This document shows positions 9,617 through 19,498 of a DNA stretch of 64,000 bases, one piece after another. The stretch lies in contig DAOTVU010000060.1 in assembly GCA_034436215.1 (NCBI GenBank), forward strand, positions 5,994 to 69,993, in the 5' to 3' direction. The DNA comes from Dehalococcoidia bacterium. Lineage in GTDB: Bacteria; Chloroflexota; Dehalococcoidia; GIF9; UBA5629. The number at the start of each line of letters is the position of its first letter. Position 1 is the first letter of the stretch. The notes below the pieces were generated by a model that saw nothing but the letters and a program-made list of their open reading frames with translations, did not search any database and was not told the origin of the DNA. The translations under genes and the position numbers were made by a program.

Positions 9617-10657
9617 CTATTTAGCGATAAATCCGAATATATATCCCGTAATAGTCGCCATGATACAAACCAGTGCTACATAAACCAGGGTCTTTTTCCA
9701 TCCCATTATTTTGCCCAGTGCCAGCATACTGGGCAAGGATAGCGCCGGACCCGCCAGCAGAAGGGCCAGCGCCGGCCCCTTACCCATTCCCATATCCAGA
9801 AAGGCCTTAACTATGGGAACCTCGGTGAGTGTGGCAAAATACATCAATGCACCGAAAATCGATGCCACGAAATTACCGAGTATGGTGTTACCTCCCACAA
9901 TGGATGCCACCACCTGCTGGGGCACAATTGCCTTTAATATGCCGGCGATAAACACACCTATCAGCAGCCACGGCACAATCAAAAGGAAAAACCGCCATGT
10001 TTCCTTCATCCACAGTTTGAACTCATCCAGGGTAAACCAGCGCCACAGGATAATGACCAGACCTGCAAGCAGAATACCCAGAACAAGCCACAGCTTGGAA
10101 GAGGCGGTGATAAGGATGCCCACCAGCAAGGCAAAATATATGATCTCCTGCCACCAGGGTTTTTCCGGGTCGGCAGCGGCCAGAGCCTCGAAACGGCCAT
10201 CATCGATTCTTTTCTTTTCTCCTCTGGCAAAAATATACGCCATAATTAGCCCGATGATTACCGAAAAAGAAACCGCTCCGATTACACGCGCCAGGCCGAT
10301 ATCCCAGCCCAGAAGTCTGGCCGAATATACAATGGCCAGCACATTAATAGCAGGCCCTGAATACAGAAACGCTATGGCGGGCCCCAATCCTGCTCCGGCC
10401 ATATATATACCGCTGAACAAGGGCAACACCGTGCAGGAACAAACAGCCAGGATTGTCCCTGAGACCGCACCAACTCCGTAGGCTAAGAATTTATTGGCAC
10501 CGGGTCCGAAATATTTTAGAACCGATGCCTGTGAGACGAACACCGATATGGCTCCCGCAATAAACAATGCCGGGACCAGACAGGTGAGTACATGAAGCGA
10601 TAGATAATCCAGAAGCGTATCCCAGCCCGATTTAAGCAACATTAAAATAAAATCCAT
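9617..10657 (-). CDS. Two-repeat permease (DUF318 family) commonly paired with ArsR and redox-active disulfide protein 2
   Basis: 346 aa, ~10 TM, internal duplication, SGTILAVCSCTVLPLF motif. Confidence 0.7.
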   Translation of the reverse strand: MDFILMLLKSGWDTLLDYLSLHVLTCLVPALFIAGAISVFVSQASVLKYFGPGANKFLAYGVGAVSGTILAVCSCTVLPLFSGIYMAGAGLGPAIAFLYSGPAINVLAIVYSARLLGWDIGLARVIGAVSFSVIIGLIMAYIFARGEKKRIDDGRFEALAAADPEKPWWQEIIYFALLVGILITASSKLWLVLGILLAGLVIILWRWFTLDEFKLWMKETWRFFLLIVPWLLIGVFIAGILKAIVPQQVVASIVGGNTILGNFVASIFGALMYFATLTEVPIVKAFLDMGMGKGPALALLLAGPALSLPSMLALGKIMGWKKTLVYVALVCIMATITGYIFGFIAK

Positions 10658-10700
10658 TTCATCTACCTTTTTGCTAATTTTCCGTAATCATGCACCGGTT

Positions 10701-11084
10701 TCAGGAAGAATGGACACATTCCGGATAAACACGGCATACAGTTGAGAGTTTCTCCAGATCGGACTTCGACAGCTCATTGACCATCAGTCGTTTCCTGACG
10801 GACTTTAAAAGATCGACGGTTGCTTCATCCATATTATCCCAATCGATCAGGTAAAATGAGAACAGTCCGCGATGTCTGACCTTTAATATCCCTGCATTGT
10901 GCATAATTCCGAGATGGTGAGAGACCCTGGGTTGCGATATCCCCAGCACCTGGATAATCTCACACACACAGCACTCACGCTCAAACAGCATATTGAGCAT
11001 CCTCAATCTCGTCTCATCGGCAAGCGCCTTCAATAATTTGACCGTGTCCTGCATATTTTTACTCCCGTAGAATCTATATAACAA
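10701..11084 (-). CDS. ArsR/SmtB-family metalloregulator (HTH)
   Basis: LADETRLRMLNMLFERECCVCEI...ISQPRVSHHL helix-turn-helix with metal-site Cys pair. Confidence 0.8.
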   Translation of the reverse strand: MLYRFYGSKNMQDTVKLLKALADETRLRMLNMLFERECCVCEIIQVLGISQPRVSHHLGIMHNAGILKVRHRGLFSFYLIDWDNMDEATVDLLKSVRKRLMVNELSKSDLEKLSTVCRVYPECVHSS

Positions 11085-11103
11085 TATTATTATATAGTTA
11101 TAT
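11076..11103. promoter_or_regulatory. Inverted repeat ATATAAC-N14-GTTATAT immediately upstream of arsR start (candidate ArsR operator)
   Basis: Read directly from sequence. AT-rich, overlaps the expected promoter of the minus-strand operon. Confidence 0.3.
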
Positions 11104-11448
11104 TTAGTTATAATGATATCGCTCGGATTTTTAGATTGTCAAATGGCAGCTATTTTGATAAATATACGGCCTACTATAGAAATGATGATTAAATGGCAGA
11201 TAAAATTATATGCAGACCAACACCGAAATGAAATCCGCAAAAAAGAACGGTTGCTGGATTTTCAATTTTTATCTGCCCCACATATTTGAATTGCATGGTT
11301 GCGCATTATTGCAATTATCTATGAGCTTTGATATCATTATATTTAGGTATTTAATATCCGTTCAATTTCAAATTAAGGGGGTAACTGCGATAGACGGGAT
11401 TAAATTAGAGAGAAATTCGCAACTGGAAAATATTTAAGGAGGTTTTAT

Positions 11449-11904
11449 ATGTTTGCCAAGGTACTCTACCCAACCGATTTTTCCGATGTATCCACCAAAG
11501 CTCTGGAGTATGTTAAAAAACTGAAGGAAGCCGGAACTACCGATGTTGTTGTCGCCCACATAATCGATAAAAGGGAAACTGTTTGCGTGGGACCATGTGC
11601 AGCGTGGGGAAATATGACAGTGAGCGAAGCTGAAGCAAACTTGAGAAAGACACTGGAAACAGACGCACAAAAAAAATTGCGCTCCATCGAGGCCAAATTA
11701 AGAAAATCCGGCTTCGAGGTCAAGATACGATTGGAAACGGGCAGCCCCGTACAGGAGATTTTAAAGATCGAAGAGGAGGAGAAGGTTTCTGTCATCGTCA
11801 TTGGTTCTCACGGCAAGAGCAATATCAAAGAAGTTTTTCTTGGCTCAGTTTCAGAGAATGTTATCAGACACTGTAAGAAGCCCGTTCTGGTCGTAAAGAG
11901 ATAG
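11449..11904 (+). CDS. Universal stress protein UspA
   Basis: 151 aa. VIGSHGKSNIKEVFLGSVSENVIRHCKKPVLVV C-terminal ATP-binding motif. RBS AAGGAGG upstream. Confidence 0.8.
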   Translation: MFAKVLYPTDFSDVSTKALEYVKKLKEAGTTDVVVAHIIDKRETVCVGPCAAWGNMTVSEAEANLRKTLETDAQKKLRSIEAKLRKSGFEVKIRLETGSPVQEILKIEEEEKVSVIVIGSHGKSNIKEVFLGSVSENVIRHCKKPVLVVKR

Positions 11905-11912
11905 GCATTAAA

Positions 11913-12260
11913 ATGCATAAGCTGGTGAAAATATCCAAAGCCCTCTCCGATGAGACGAGAATCAGGATGCTTAAGTTATTACTGGATGAGGACATCTGCG
12001 CCTGTGAAATGAGAAAAATATTCCCTCTTTCACTCCCCCAGCTATCGAGAAATCTGAAAATGCTGATGGAGGCGGGCTTTTTAAAATGCTGGCGTGATGG
12101 AAAATGTTTGGTTTACATAGCGGACAGAGACAGCGCTGATGACTATTGCCGTACACTGATGGATTTACTATCAGCCTCATATAATAATTCTGAAACGGTA
12201 TTAAAAGACCGTATGAAATTAAAACAGGTAAAAGCAAACAAAGTAAGGGTATGTTGTTAA
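11913..12260 (+). CDS. ArsR-family transcriptional regulator
   Basis: LSDETRIRMLKLLLDEDICACEM...SLPQLSRNL HTH. Confidence 0.75.
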   Translation: MHKLVKISKALSDETRIRMLKLLLDEDICACEMRKIFPLSLPQLSRNLKMLMEAGFLKCWRDGKCLVYIADRDSADDYCRTLMDLLSASYNNSETVLKDRMKLKQVKANKVRVCC

Positions 12261-12354
12261 TAACCGATATATTTTTAAATTTATACTTTCATGGTTGTGC
12301 ATAGCTACAATTATATAATTATAAAGACATATCTTCCCGAGGGAGGGAGTATTA

Positions 12355-13221
12355 ATGCCGCAGGTAGCTATAGTCACAGATAGTGCGTCATGTGTACCCG
12401 ATGAGTTAATTCAGCAATATGCCATCGAAGTGGCCCCCATGGTATTGATCTCCGAAGGTAAAGCCTATCGGGACGGAATAGATATCACATCACAGGAATT
12501 TTATGAGAGGCTTTCCCGCAATAATAACAGATGGACAACTTCCGCTCCCTCACCGGGTACTTATCTTGAACTTTTCAGAAAACTGGCCGGTAAAGTCAGT
12601 AGTATCTTGGTTATAACAACGTCATTAAAATTCAGCCATTCATTTGAGTCAGCCGTGATCGGCGTAGAAGCAGCCGGGGAAGAGTTAAGCAATCTGAAAA
12701 TAGAGGTCCTCGATTCCGGAACCGCTGCGGGTGGACTGGGACTCGTGGTAATAGCTGCAGCCAGAGCGGCGGAACAGGGAAAACCGTTGAGCGATGTGAT
12801 CGCTTCGGCACGGAGTACAATGTCTAAAGTCAATTTAATTGCATTTTTAGATACGCTTTACTACCTGGCCAGGGGCGGAAGGGTACCCCAAATAGCTGCG
12901 CTGGCAACTTCACTGCTCGATATCAAACCCGTTATAGAGCTACTTCCATTATCGCAGGGTATCCGTTCCTTACAGAAAGTCAGGACGAGACTTAATGCTG
13001 TTAATAAGCTGGAAAAGATCGTAAAAGAAAGAGTAAAAAGAAGTCCCGTTCACTGTATCGTTATGCATTCCAATGTTATCGACGAAGCCGAGGAGTTGAA
13101 AAAACACCTCGCCGGCGAACTCGACTGTGTCGAAATCTACGTTGCAGATTTTACGCCGGTAATGGGGGTGCACACGGGGCCCGGCCTTCTGGGGGTTGCT
13201 TTCTATGTGGAAAGCGGGTGA
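12355..13221 (+). CDS. DegV-family fatty-acid-binding protein (FakB-like)
   Basis: 288 aa, IVTDSASCVP N-terminus, full DegV fold length. Confidence 0.8.
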   Translation: MPQVAIVTDSASCVPDELIQQYAIEVAPMVLISEGKAYRDGIDITSQEFYERLSRNNNRWTTSAPSPGTYLELFRKLAGKVSSILVITTSLKFSHSFESAVIGVEAAGEELSNLKIEVLDSGTAAGGLGLVVIAAARAAEQGKPLSDVIASARSTMSKVNLIAFLDTLYYLARGGRVPQIAALATSLLDIKPVIELLPLSQGIRSLQKVRTRLNAVNKLEKIVKERVKRSPVHCIVMHSNVIDEAEELKKHLAGELDCVEIYVADFTPVMGVHTGPGLLGVAFYVESG

Positions 13222-13292
13222 AATTTAGAGATCCATATGAATATGCTGAATTTGCCATCACCATTTTATCTATCAAAATACAGTAAGTTTAA

Positions 13293-14090
13293 ATGGAGGT
13301 TATCATGAGTGCACTTGCATACGCTATACTATTTGTCGTCGGCATACTGGCCGGTGGTCTTGGCGGTTTGATCGGCATCGGAGGCTGCGTACTGATGATG
13401 CCAACCGTCCGCTTCGGTTTTAATTTTTCACCCGCACTGGCGGTGGGGACAACCTTGACGGCAGTGGTGTTCACCGCCGCATCCGGTGCCTATCAGCACT
13501 GGAAGCTGGGCAACGTCGACTGGCAATCAGTAAAATACATAGCTCCGGCCGGCATCCTCGGGGTAATAGTTGGCTCGGTTGTTTTTTACTATATTTCATC
13601 ATACGGTAAGGTTATCGATCTGATTGTTGGACTGGCCTTTATTTGGGCAGCTGCCAGAATGGTTTATGAAGGCTTCTTCCAGCGCAAAATGCCGGAGATC
13701 GCCGGTGACAAAATCGTGGGATCAAATGCGACCAAAGCCGGCATAGGCGGCGGAGTTGGCATCCTGACCGGCATTGTTGGACTGGGTGGTGGCTATGCAC
13801 TGGTGCCGAGCTTTATTTATATAACCAAATCTCCATTAAGGATAGCCGTAGGTTCATCACTGGCATCTTTCGTCTGGTTTGCTCTGGTGGGAGCTGCAAT
13901 TAAATATGTGGAAGGCTTTACCGACTTGGTGGCCGCACTGGTTATGGGCGTGGGCGCAGCCAGCGGAGCCATTCTGGGGGCAAGGCTTATGTCCAGGGTC
14001 AAGCCGGCAACACTGAAAGCCATTTTCGGCATTATCTTCCTTTATGTTTCACTTAAGTACATCCTGCTCTTCTGGAACATTCAGATATAA
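13293..14090 (+). CDS. TauE/SafE family anion exporter (second copy)
   Basis: 265 aa, multi-TM, GGLGGLIGIGG motifs. Confidence 0.7.
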   Translation: MEVIMSALAYAILFVVGILAGGLGGLIGIGGCVLMMPTVRFGFNFSPALAVGTTLTAVVFTAASGAYQHWKLGNVDWQSVKYIAPAGILGVIVGSVVFYYISSYGKVIDLIVGLAFIWAAARMVYEGFFQRKMPEIAGDKIVGSNATKAGIGGGVGILTGIVGLGGGYALVPSFIYITKSPLRIAVGSSLASFVWFALVGAAIKYVEGFTDLVAALVMGVGAASGAILGARLMSRVKPATLKAIFGIIFLYVSLKYILLFWNIQI

Positions 14091-14245
14091 TCGGGCTTAG
14101 TAGATAAAAGGTGAATAGATGGTGCACGGTGATTTTTCATTGCAATATGGGCAATAACATGACAACAATCGATAACAGCCTTTGAACAATATTTTGTGGT
14201 TGCCGGATGCCATGAATATGATTTTGATGGCCGTAACCGGACACC

Positions 14246-14878
14246 GTGATACAGGGTGCAATTGTGGAAATATGTTTAACCATAATACTGGCCATCGGTG
14301 CTTTCTGGCTGGGAGCATGTCCTTTTGCCGTCTGGATTGGCAGATGGAAGCTTCACAAGGACATCAGAGCATACGGCGACCACAATCCCGGAGCAGCTAA
14401 CGTTTTCAGAGCCGGCAGCATAAAATGGGGGGTTGTTGCCGGATTAATCGAGGTCGCAAAGGGCATGCCATTCGTAATGCTGGCACATCTATATTTCCTT
14501 CTGAGCGAACCGCAAATTTATTTGATCGCCCTGTGCCCGGTGGCTGGGCATGCCTTCTCACCATTCCTGAAATTTAAAGGGGGCAAAGCGACGGCAGCCA
14601 CATTTGGCGTTCTTTTGGCTATTCCCCCAAAGGAATTCATCCTGATTTTAATTATCATCCTCATTATCGGTTTTTTATTACTCGAAGGCGATGGCTGGAG
14701 AATATTTTTAGCTGTAGCCACGTGTTTAATTTACGCCATAACTGCAGGAAAGGGTATCTGGCTAACCCTATTTCTGGCTAGCATAACAGTGATTATAGCC
14801 TTTAAAAATCGGGGTGACCTAAAATCACTGCCATCTCGAAAGAAAAAAATCTATATTGGTTTTGGCCAGGAAAAATAA
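14246..14878 (+). CDS. plsY: Glycerol-3-phosphate acyltransferase PlsY (acyl-phosphate dependent)
   Basis: 210 aa membrane protein. HNPGAANVFRAGS (GSGNxGATN-like) and AGHAFSPFLKFKGGKATAATFG motifs. Confidence 0.7.
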   Translation: MIQGAIVEICLTIILAIGAFWLGACPFAVWIGRWKLHKDIRAYGDHNPGAANVFRAGSIKWGVVAGLIEVAKGMPFVMLAHLYFLLSEPQIYLIALCPVAGHAFSPFLKFKGGKATAATFGVLLAIPPKEFILILIIILIIGFLLLEGDGWRIFLAVATCLIYAITAGKGIWLTLFLASITVIIAFKNRGDLKSLPSRKKKIYIGFGQEK

Positions 14879-14900
14879 GATAGGATAAATGAGGGGATAA

Positions 14901-16028
14901 TTGCTTTACGATGTAATTATAAGTATATGCCTGGTCTTATTTACCTTCAATCTGATATTGAATCTGCGAAATCTAAAGGTGCCCAAAAACATCAGGATCC
15001 TACAACCGGCACCTATGGTATCCGTGCTCGTGCCGGCAAGAAATGAAGAGGACAACATAAGAAACTGCCTTACATCACTGCAAAATCAGGATTATTCCAA
15101 TTTTGAAGTGGTGGTGCTCGATGATAACTCAACGGACGGTACAGCGTCGATAGTACGTGAATTTGTAAAAAACGATAGCAGATTCCATTTGTTGACCGCT
15201 GAGCCACTGCCCGAAGGTTGGGTAGGAAAATCTTACGCCTGTTACCGGCTGGCTAAAAATGCTAACGGCACGTGGCTTCTATTTACAGATGCCGATACTA
15301 TCCACAGCCCCGTTATGATAAGCAGTGTGCTCACACTTTCCCTCGAAAACCAGCCCACCCTGCTTTCAGGGTTCCCACAGCAAAAAGCCGGTTCGTTTAT
15401 TGAAAAGATTACCATACCGGTATTTTATTTTATACTTATGACATGGATGCCACTGTGGTGGATGCAGCGTTCCAAAAAATTAAGGCCGAGCATGGCAAAT
15501 GGACAGTTCCTTCTGTTCAAACGGGAAGACTATTGGAAAATAGGCGGACACGAGGCTGTTAAATCGCGAATACTCGAGGATGTCTGGCTTGGCGCCGAAG
15601 TATACCGGAAAGGTGGGCGTGTGCTCGCAGTGGATCTATCACCCGTGGTCGCCTGCCGCATGTATAAGGATTTCGGTTCCATGTGGCAGGGATTTGCCAA
15701 AAGCATATACGGCGTTACCCGGTCAGCTCTTATTTTACTAATACTGGAAATATTTGGTTATATGCTTTTCTTGGGACCGATTTATGCATTATGTGATAAA
15801 TTTATCAATCAGGCATACTTGGAGCCATGCTTCGTACTTATTGCCACTCAGGTGCTGATTATAATCTTTATGCGCTTGCTTATGCGCTATCGATTCAAAG
15901 AATCCATTTATGCCACTATCCTGCATCCCCTGGGACTGCTCTTTTTTATGGGAAACGGTATTTATGTTATTTACCGGAGAGTATTCGGAAAAGGAATCGA
16001 ATGGAAGGAGCGTCATTACAATATATAA
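14901..16028 (+). CDS. Family-2 glycosyltransferase with C-terminal TM helices (lipid/glycolipid-type GT)
   Basis: VLVPARNEEDNIRNCL...VVVLDDNSTDGT (DxD), C-terminal 4 TM like diacylglycerol glycosyltransferases. Confidence 0.7.
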   Translation: MLYDVIISICLVLFTFNLILNLRNLKVPKNIRILQPAPMVSVLVPARNEEDNIRNCLTSLQNQDYSNFEVVVLDDNSTDGTASIVREFVKNDSRFHLLTAEPLPEGWVGKSYACYRLAKNANGTWLLFTDADTIHSPVMISSVLTLSLENQPTLLSGFPQQKAGSFIEKITIPVFYFILMTWMPLWWMQRSKKLRPSMANGQFLLFKREDYWKIGGHEAVKSRILEDVWLGAEVYRKGGRVLAVDLSPVVACRMYKDFGSMWQGFAKSIYGVTRSALILLILEIFGYMLFLGPIYALCDKFINQAYLEPCFVLIATQVLIIIFMRLLMRYRFKESIYATILHPLGLLFFMGNGIYVIYRRVFGKGIEWKERHYNI

Positions 16029-16074
16029 TATCACCACGATTTGATAAATCAGTTTTCAAGGTCGCTTATCACTG

Positions 16075-16935
16075 ATGGATCGCAATAATAAAAAGTTATA
16101 TGTGTTAGTAACGGGTGCCTCAAGAGGTATCGGAGAAGCCAGCGCACTGTATCTTGATAAACTGGGATTTATTGTTTTCGCCGGCATTCGAAAAGAAGAA
16201 GATGGATTAAAATTAAAGAAAAACTCATCAAATAGAATAATGCCTGTCTATCTCGAAGTTACCGACAGCCAATCGATTGAGAAAGCTGCCCGCACGGTCT
16301 CAAATGAAGTGGGAGAGCACGGGCTATACGGACTGGTCAATAACGCAGGTATCGCGATCGCAGGTCCACTTGAATTGATACCCGTCGATAAAATACGCGA
16401 ACAGTTCGAAATCAACGTAGTAGGTCAAATAGCTATAATACAGACATTCCTTCCACTCCTCAGGAAAGCAAATGGTCGAATTATAAATATAAGTTCAAAA
16501 GAAGGCTTATTAGCCACGCCTTTTGTCGGGCCCTACTGCGCCGCAAAATTTGCCATGGAGGCGTTTAGCGACGTCCTTCGTATAGAATTAAAACCATGGA
16601 AAATTCCGGTATCCATTATAGAGCCCGGTGTTGTTGCCACTCAGCTGCCGCGAAAATCTCTCAACGACGCCGAAATACTGATCAGCCAGCTACCCGGTCA
16701 GGCAAGCGATCTGTATAATTCCTGTATTGCTAATGTGCGCGGAATTGCTGAGAATATTATTAATTCAGCTATATCAGCAGATAAGGTAGCCATAACGATA
16801 GCCAAAGCGCTTACTGCCAGCAAACCGAAGAACCGGTATGTCGTTGGCGGTGATGCCCGGTTGATTGCATTTCTTGCAAAATTTGTACCTGAATGGCTGC
16901 GCGACCGGATGATAATCAAGCAACTAAAAATATAA
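16075..16935 (+). CDS. Short-chain dehydrogenase/reductase (SDR)
   Basis: TGASRGIGEA Rossmann motif. YCAAK catalytic Tyr/Lys. Confidence 0.8.
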   Translation: MDRNNKKLYVLVTGASRGIGEASALYLDKLGFIVFAGIRKEEDGLKLKKNSSNRIMPVYLEVTDSQSIEKAARTVSNEVGEHGLYGLVNNAGIAIAGPLELIPVDKIREQFEINVVGQIAIIQTFLPLLRKANGRIINISSKEGLLATPFVGPYCAAKFAMEAFSDVLRIELKPWKIPVSIIEPGVVATQLPRKSLNDAEILISQLPGQASDLYNSCIANVRGIAENIINSAISADKVAITIAKALTASKPKNRYVVGGDARLIAFLAKFVPEWLRDRMIIKQLKI

Positions 16936-17017
16936 CAGTTATTTTCCCTTACACAGACTCGCTCCTAAATATTAATAATAAAAGTTTAAATCGATCTTAA
17001 AAGGCGTAGAAATCGAT

Positions 17018-17422
17018 ATGATCGTTTTCATTTGCATTTTCAGTATATTAGTATATACTTATATTGTGATCGATTCTGAGCAGAAAACAACCGAACTGCA
17101 AGCAGCATTGTTCGGCACGTTAGCCGATCCTACCCGTCTTAAATTGATAAAATTGCTGTGCAGGCAGCAACCCCATGCCCTTTGTGTCAATGCCCTCGCA
17201 GGTATTTTGGGCGTCAGCCAGTCTGCTGTTTCCCAGCACTTAAGGTTGCTTAAATCCATCGGTCTGGTAAGAGGTGAAAGGCGCGGCTATCACATCCATT
17301 ATTACGTTAACGCGGACGTGATAAAAGGTTATCGGGATCTTGTATTGAACGTATTTACAATCGAAGAAACTCTCCCGGGACAGCCATGCCAGAACAATTG
17401 TTTAAAAAGGGAGGATGCTTAA
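17018..17422 (+). CDS. ArsR-family transcriptional regulator
   Basis: LADPTRLKLIKLLCRQQPHALCVNALAGILGVSQSAVSQHLRLL. Confidence 0.75.
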   Translation: MIVFICIFSILVYTYIVIDSEQKTTELQAALFGTLADPTRLKLIKLLCRQQPHALCVNALAGILGVSQSAVSQHLRLLKSIGLVRGERRGYHIHYYVNADVIKGYRDLVLNVFTIEETLPGQPCQNNCLKREDA

Positions 17423-17425
17423 AAT

Positions 17426-18376
17426 ATGTCTTTAAAAGAATTAAATCGTAATTTTATCATGGAGATAGATAATCTGACCAAGCATTTCGGAGAGCTTGTC
17501 GCCGTTGATCATTTAAGTTTTAAGGTAAAGGAAGGTGAATTTTTTGGCTTCCTGGGTCCCAACGGCGCGGGCAAGACAACTACCGTTCGCATTTTGACCG
17601 GCGTAATTAAAGCAGATGGGGGTGATGCGTTTATCGCCGGATTTCGTGCCGGCAGCCTGCGGGCCAAGCAAATAACAGGTGTGCTGCCCGAGATGGCCAA
17701 TGCTTATCCCGACCTGTCGGCCTGGGACAATATGATGCTGATGTGTGAGCTATACGGTGTTCCTGCTGGCATGGCACGAGAAAAAAGCAAAAGTATGCTC
17801 GAAGAAGTGGGGCTGTTTCAGCGCAGAAATGAGCCCACCAAGAGTTATTCCAAAGGCATGAAGCAACGCCTAATCCTGTGCATGGCACTTGTTAACGATC
17901 CCACAGTGCTATTTCTGGATGAACCGACTTCAGGGCTGGATGTGCAGAGCGCACGGCTGACGAAGGACATGCTACAAAAACTAAATCGTGCCGGCAAGAC
18001 CATATTCCTTACAACCCATAATATGGATGAGGCAAATCAGCTCTGCGACCGGGTTGCCATTATAAACAGAGGGAAAATAGTAGCTTTAGACACTCCTGAA
18101 AAATTGAGATTAGCCACAAGCAGCAAGCACTCCGTTGAAGTGAGCTTTGCCACACCTGTAGATGCTAATGCCCTGTCACAACTGCCAGGGGTGATCGATA
18201 TGCAAACGATCGGGGATAAGTACCGCCTGTACACCAAGGATCCAGGTGAACTGGCGGTATCATTGGTCAAATACTGCAGCGTACACGGTCACAGGATAAT
18301 ATCGCTGAACATACTGGCACCTTCACTCGAAGATGCCTTTGTAGCACTCACACAAAAGGAGAGTGAACATGCTTGA
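17426..18376 (+). CDS. ABC transporter ATP-binding protein (ABC-2 type exporter)
   Basis: Walker A GPNGAGKTTT, signature SGLDVQS-type, Walker B FLDEPTSGLD. Confidence 0.85.
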   Translation: MSLKELNRNFIMEIDNLTKHFGELVAVDHLSFKVKEGEFFGFLGPNGAGKTTTVRILTGVIKADGGDAFIAGFRAGSLRAKQITGVLPEMANAYPDLSAWDNMMLMCELYGVPAGMAREKSKSMLEEVGLFQRRNEPTKSYSKGMKQRLILCMALVNDPTVLFLDEPTSGLDVQSARLTKDMLQKLNRAGKTIFLTTHNMDEANQLCDRVAIINRGKIVALDTPEKLRLATSSKHSVEVSFATPVDANALSQLPGVIDMQTIGDKYRLYTKDPGELAVSLVKYCSVHGHRIISLNILAPSLEDAFVALTQKESEHA

Positions 18377-19124
18377 TACGATGGTAATATGGCAACAGAT
18401 ACAGAGGGCGTTAGCAATTGCTCGCAAAGATATCCATATCTATTATTCTAAAGGACCGGTAATTATATTTGGAGTACTTTTCCCCATTTTTTTATTCCTT
18501 TCTTTTACTATAGGCAGACAGCTCTCTATTGAGTTCATGCTACCCGGCCTCCTGGGGATGATTCTTTTCTTCACCGCTACCTCCGTATCACCTATCGTAG
18601 TGCCATGGGAGGCCCAGTCCAGAACCCTTGAGCGCCTCATGTCGTGCCCTATCAGGATAGAAACAATCATTATAGGCGACATGCTGGCATCATTCATTTT
18701 TGGTATTTGCATTGCACTTATCCCCCTTATTATCGGTCTTTTTATTGGAATAAATATATCAAATGCAATCGTCTTCAGCCTGGGACTTATACTGGCATCG
18801 CTTTGCTTTGCTTCACTGGGCAATATCTTCTCTATTCCACCTACTAATGTGCCAGCTACAGTCAACATGATTGCTGCAGTGGTGAAATTCCCGGTAGTTT
18901 TCATCAGCGGTATTTTCATACCGCTTGATCAGCTGCCCATTTATGGACAGGCGATTGCCTATATCTCCCCACTCACCTATTTTACCGATATCGCTCGCAG
19001 CAGCATTCAGGGCAGCAGCCATCTTCCTACTGCCGTTGATCTTCTTATTTTGCTGGCATTCACCATCATATTCCTGGCTGTAGCGATAAAAATGCATGCG
19101 AAAACAATGCCCCGTAGAATATAA
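18363..19124 (+). CDS. ABC-2 family transporter permease
   Basis: 253 aa, 6 TM, overlaps ATPase gene by 14 nt. Confidence 0.65.
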   Translation: MNMLDTMVIWQQIQRALAIARKDIHIYYSKGPVIIFGVLFPIFLFLSFTIGRQLSIEFMLPGLLGMILFFTATSVSPIVVPWEAQSRTLERLMSCPIRIETIIIGDMLASFIFGICIALIPLIIGLFIGINISNAIVFSLGLILASLCFASLGNIFSIPPTNVPATVNMIAAVVKFPVVFISGIFIPLDQLPIYGQAIAYISPLTYFTDIARSSIQGSSHLPTAVDLLILLAFTIIFLAVAIKMHAKTMPRRI

Positions 19125-19498
19125 TTACATAAATATATCCGATGCATCTTTGATTCTAAAGGATCTCACCATGCTCAGCCTAAACCACAGCGAGCTTGAT
19201 AAATAGCTATCCTTTCCCTGTATTGTGGACAAACTATTTGTGTTAAAATTATCCATAAGTAATGTCCGATGCCGTGTATTATATCTGTTTAAATTCAGGC
19301 CATATCGTGCGTAAGTTCCGCTATCACCATGAAGAGAGGCCGAAAGCAGTATATTGATGCGCTTTCCCCATTCCGATATGGAGGCCTTTGAGCGGGTGCT
19401 GGATAAAATGGCGGAGCCACAGTATCGGATATAAAATACCATTCATATAAAATACCGGAAAGGACGGCACGAATTCATTACGCTGAGGTGTGTAATCG

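Noticed and set aside
9711-10481. 256-aa plus-strand ORF
   Set aside because: Lies entirely antisense within the DUF318 permease gene. Composition (Pro/Ser/Ala/Arg-rich) is typical of a shadow ORF of a membrane-protein gene.
11210-11437. 75-aa ORF in arsR-uspA intergenic region
   Set aside because: No RBS, Phe/Ile-rich translation of AT-rich DNA, flanked by palindromes. More likely regulatory DNA.
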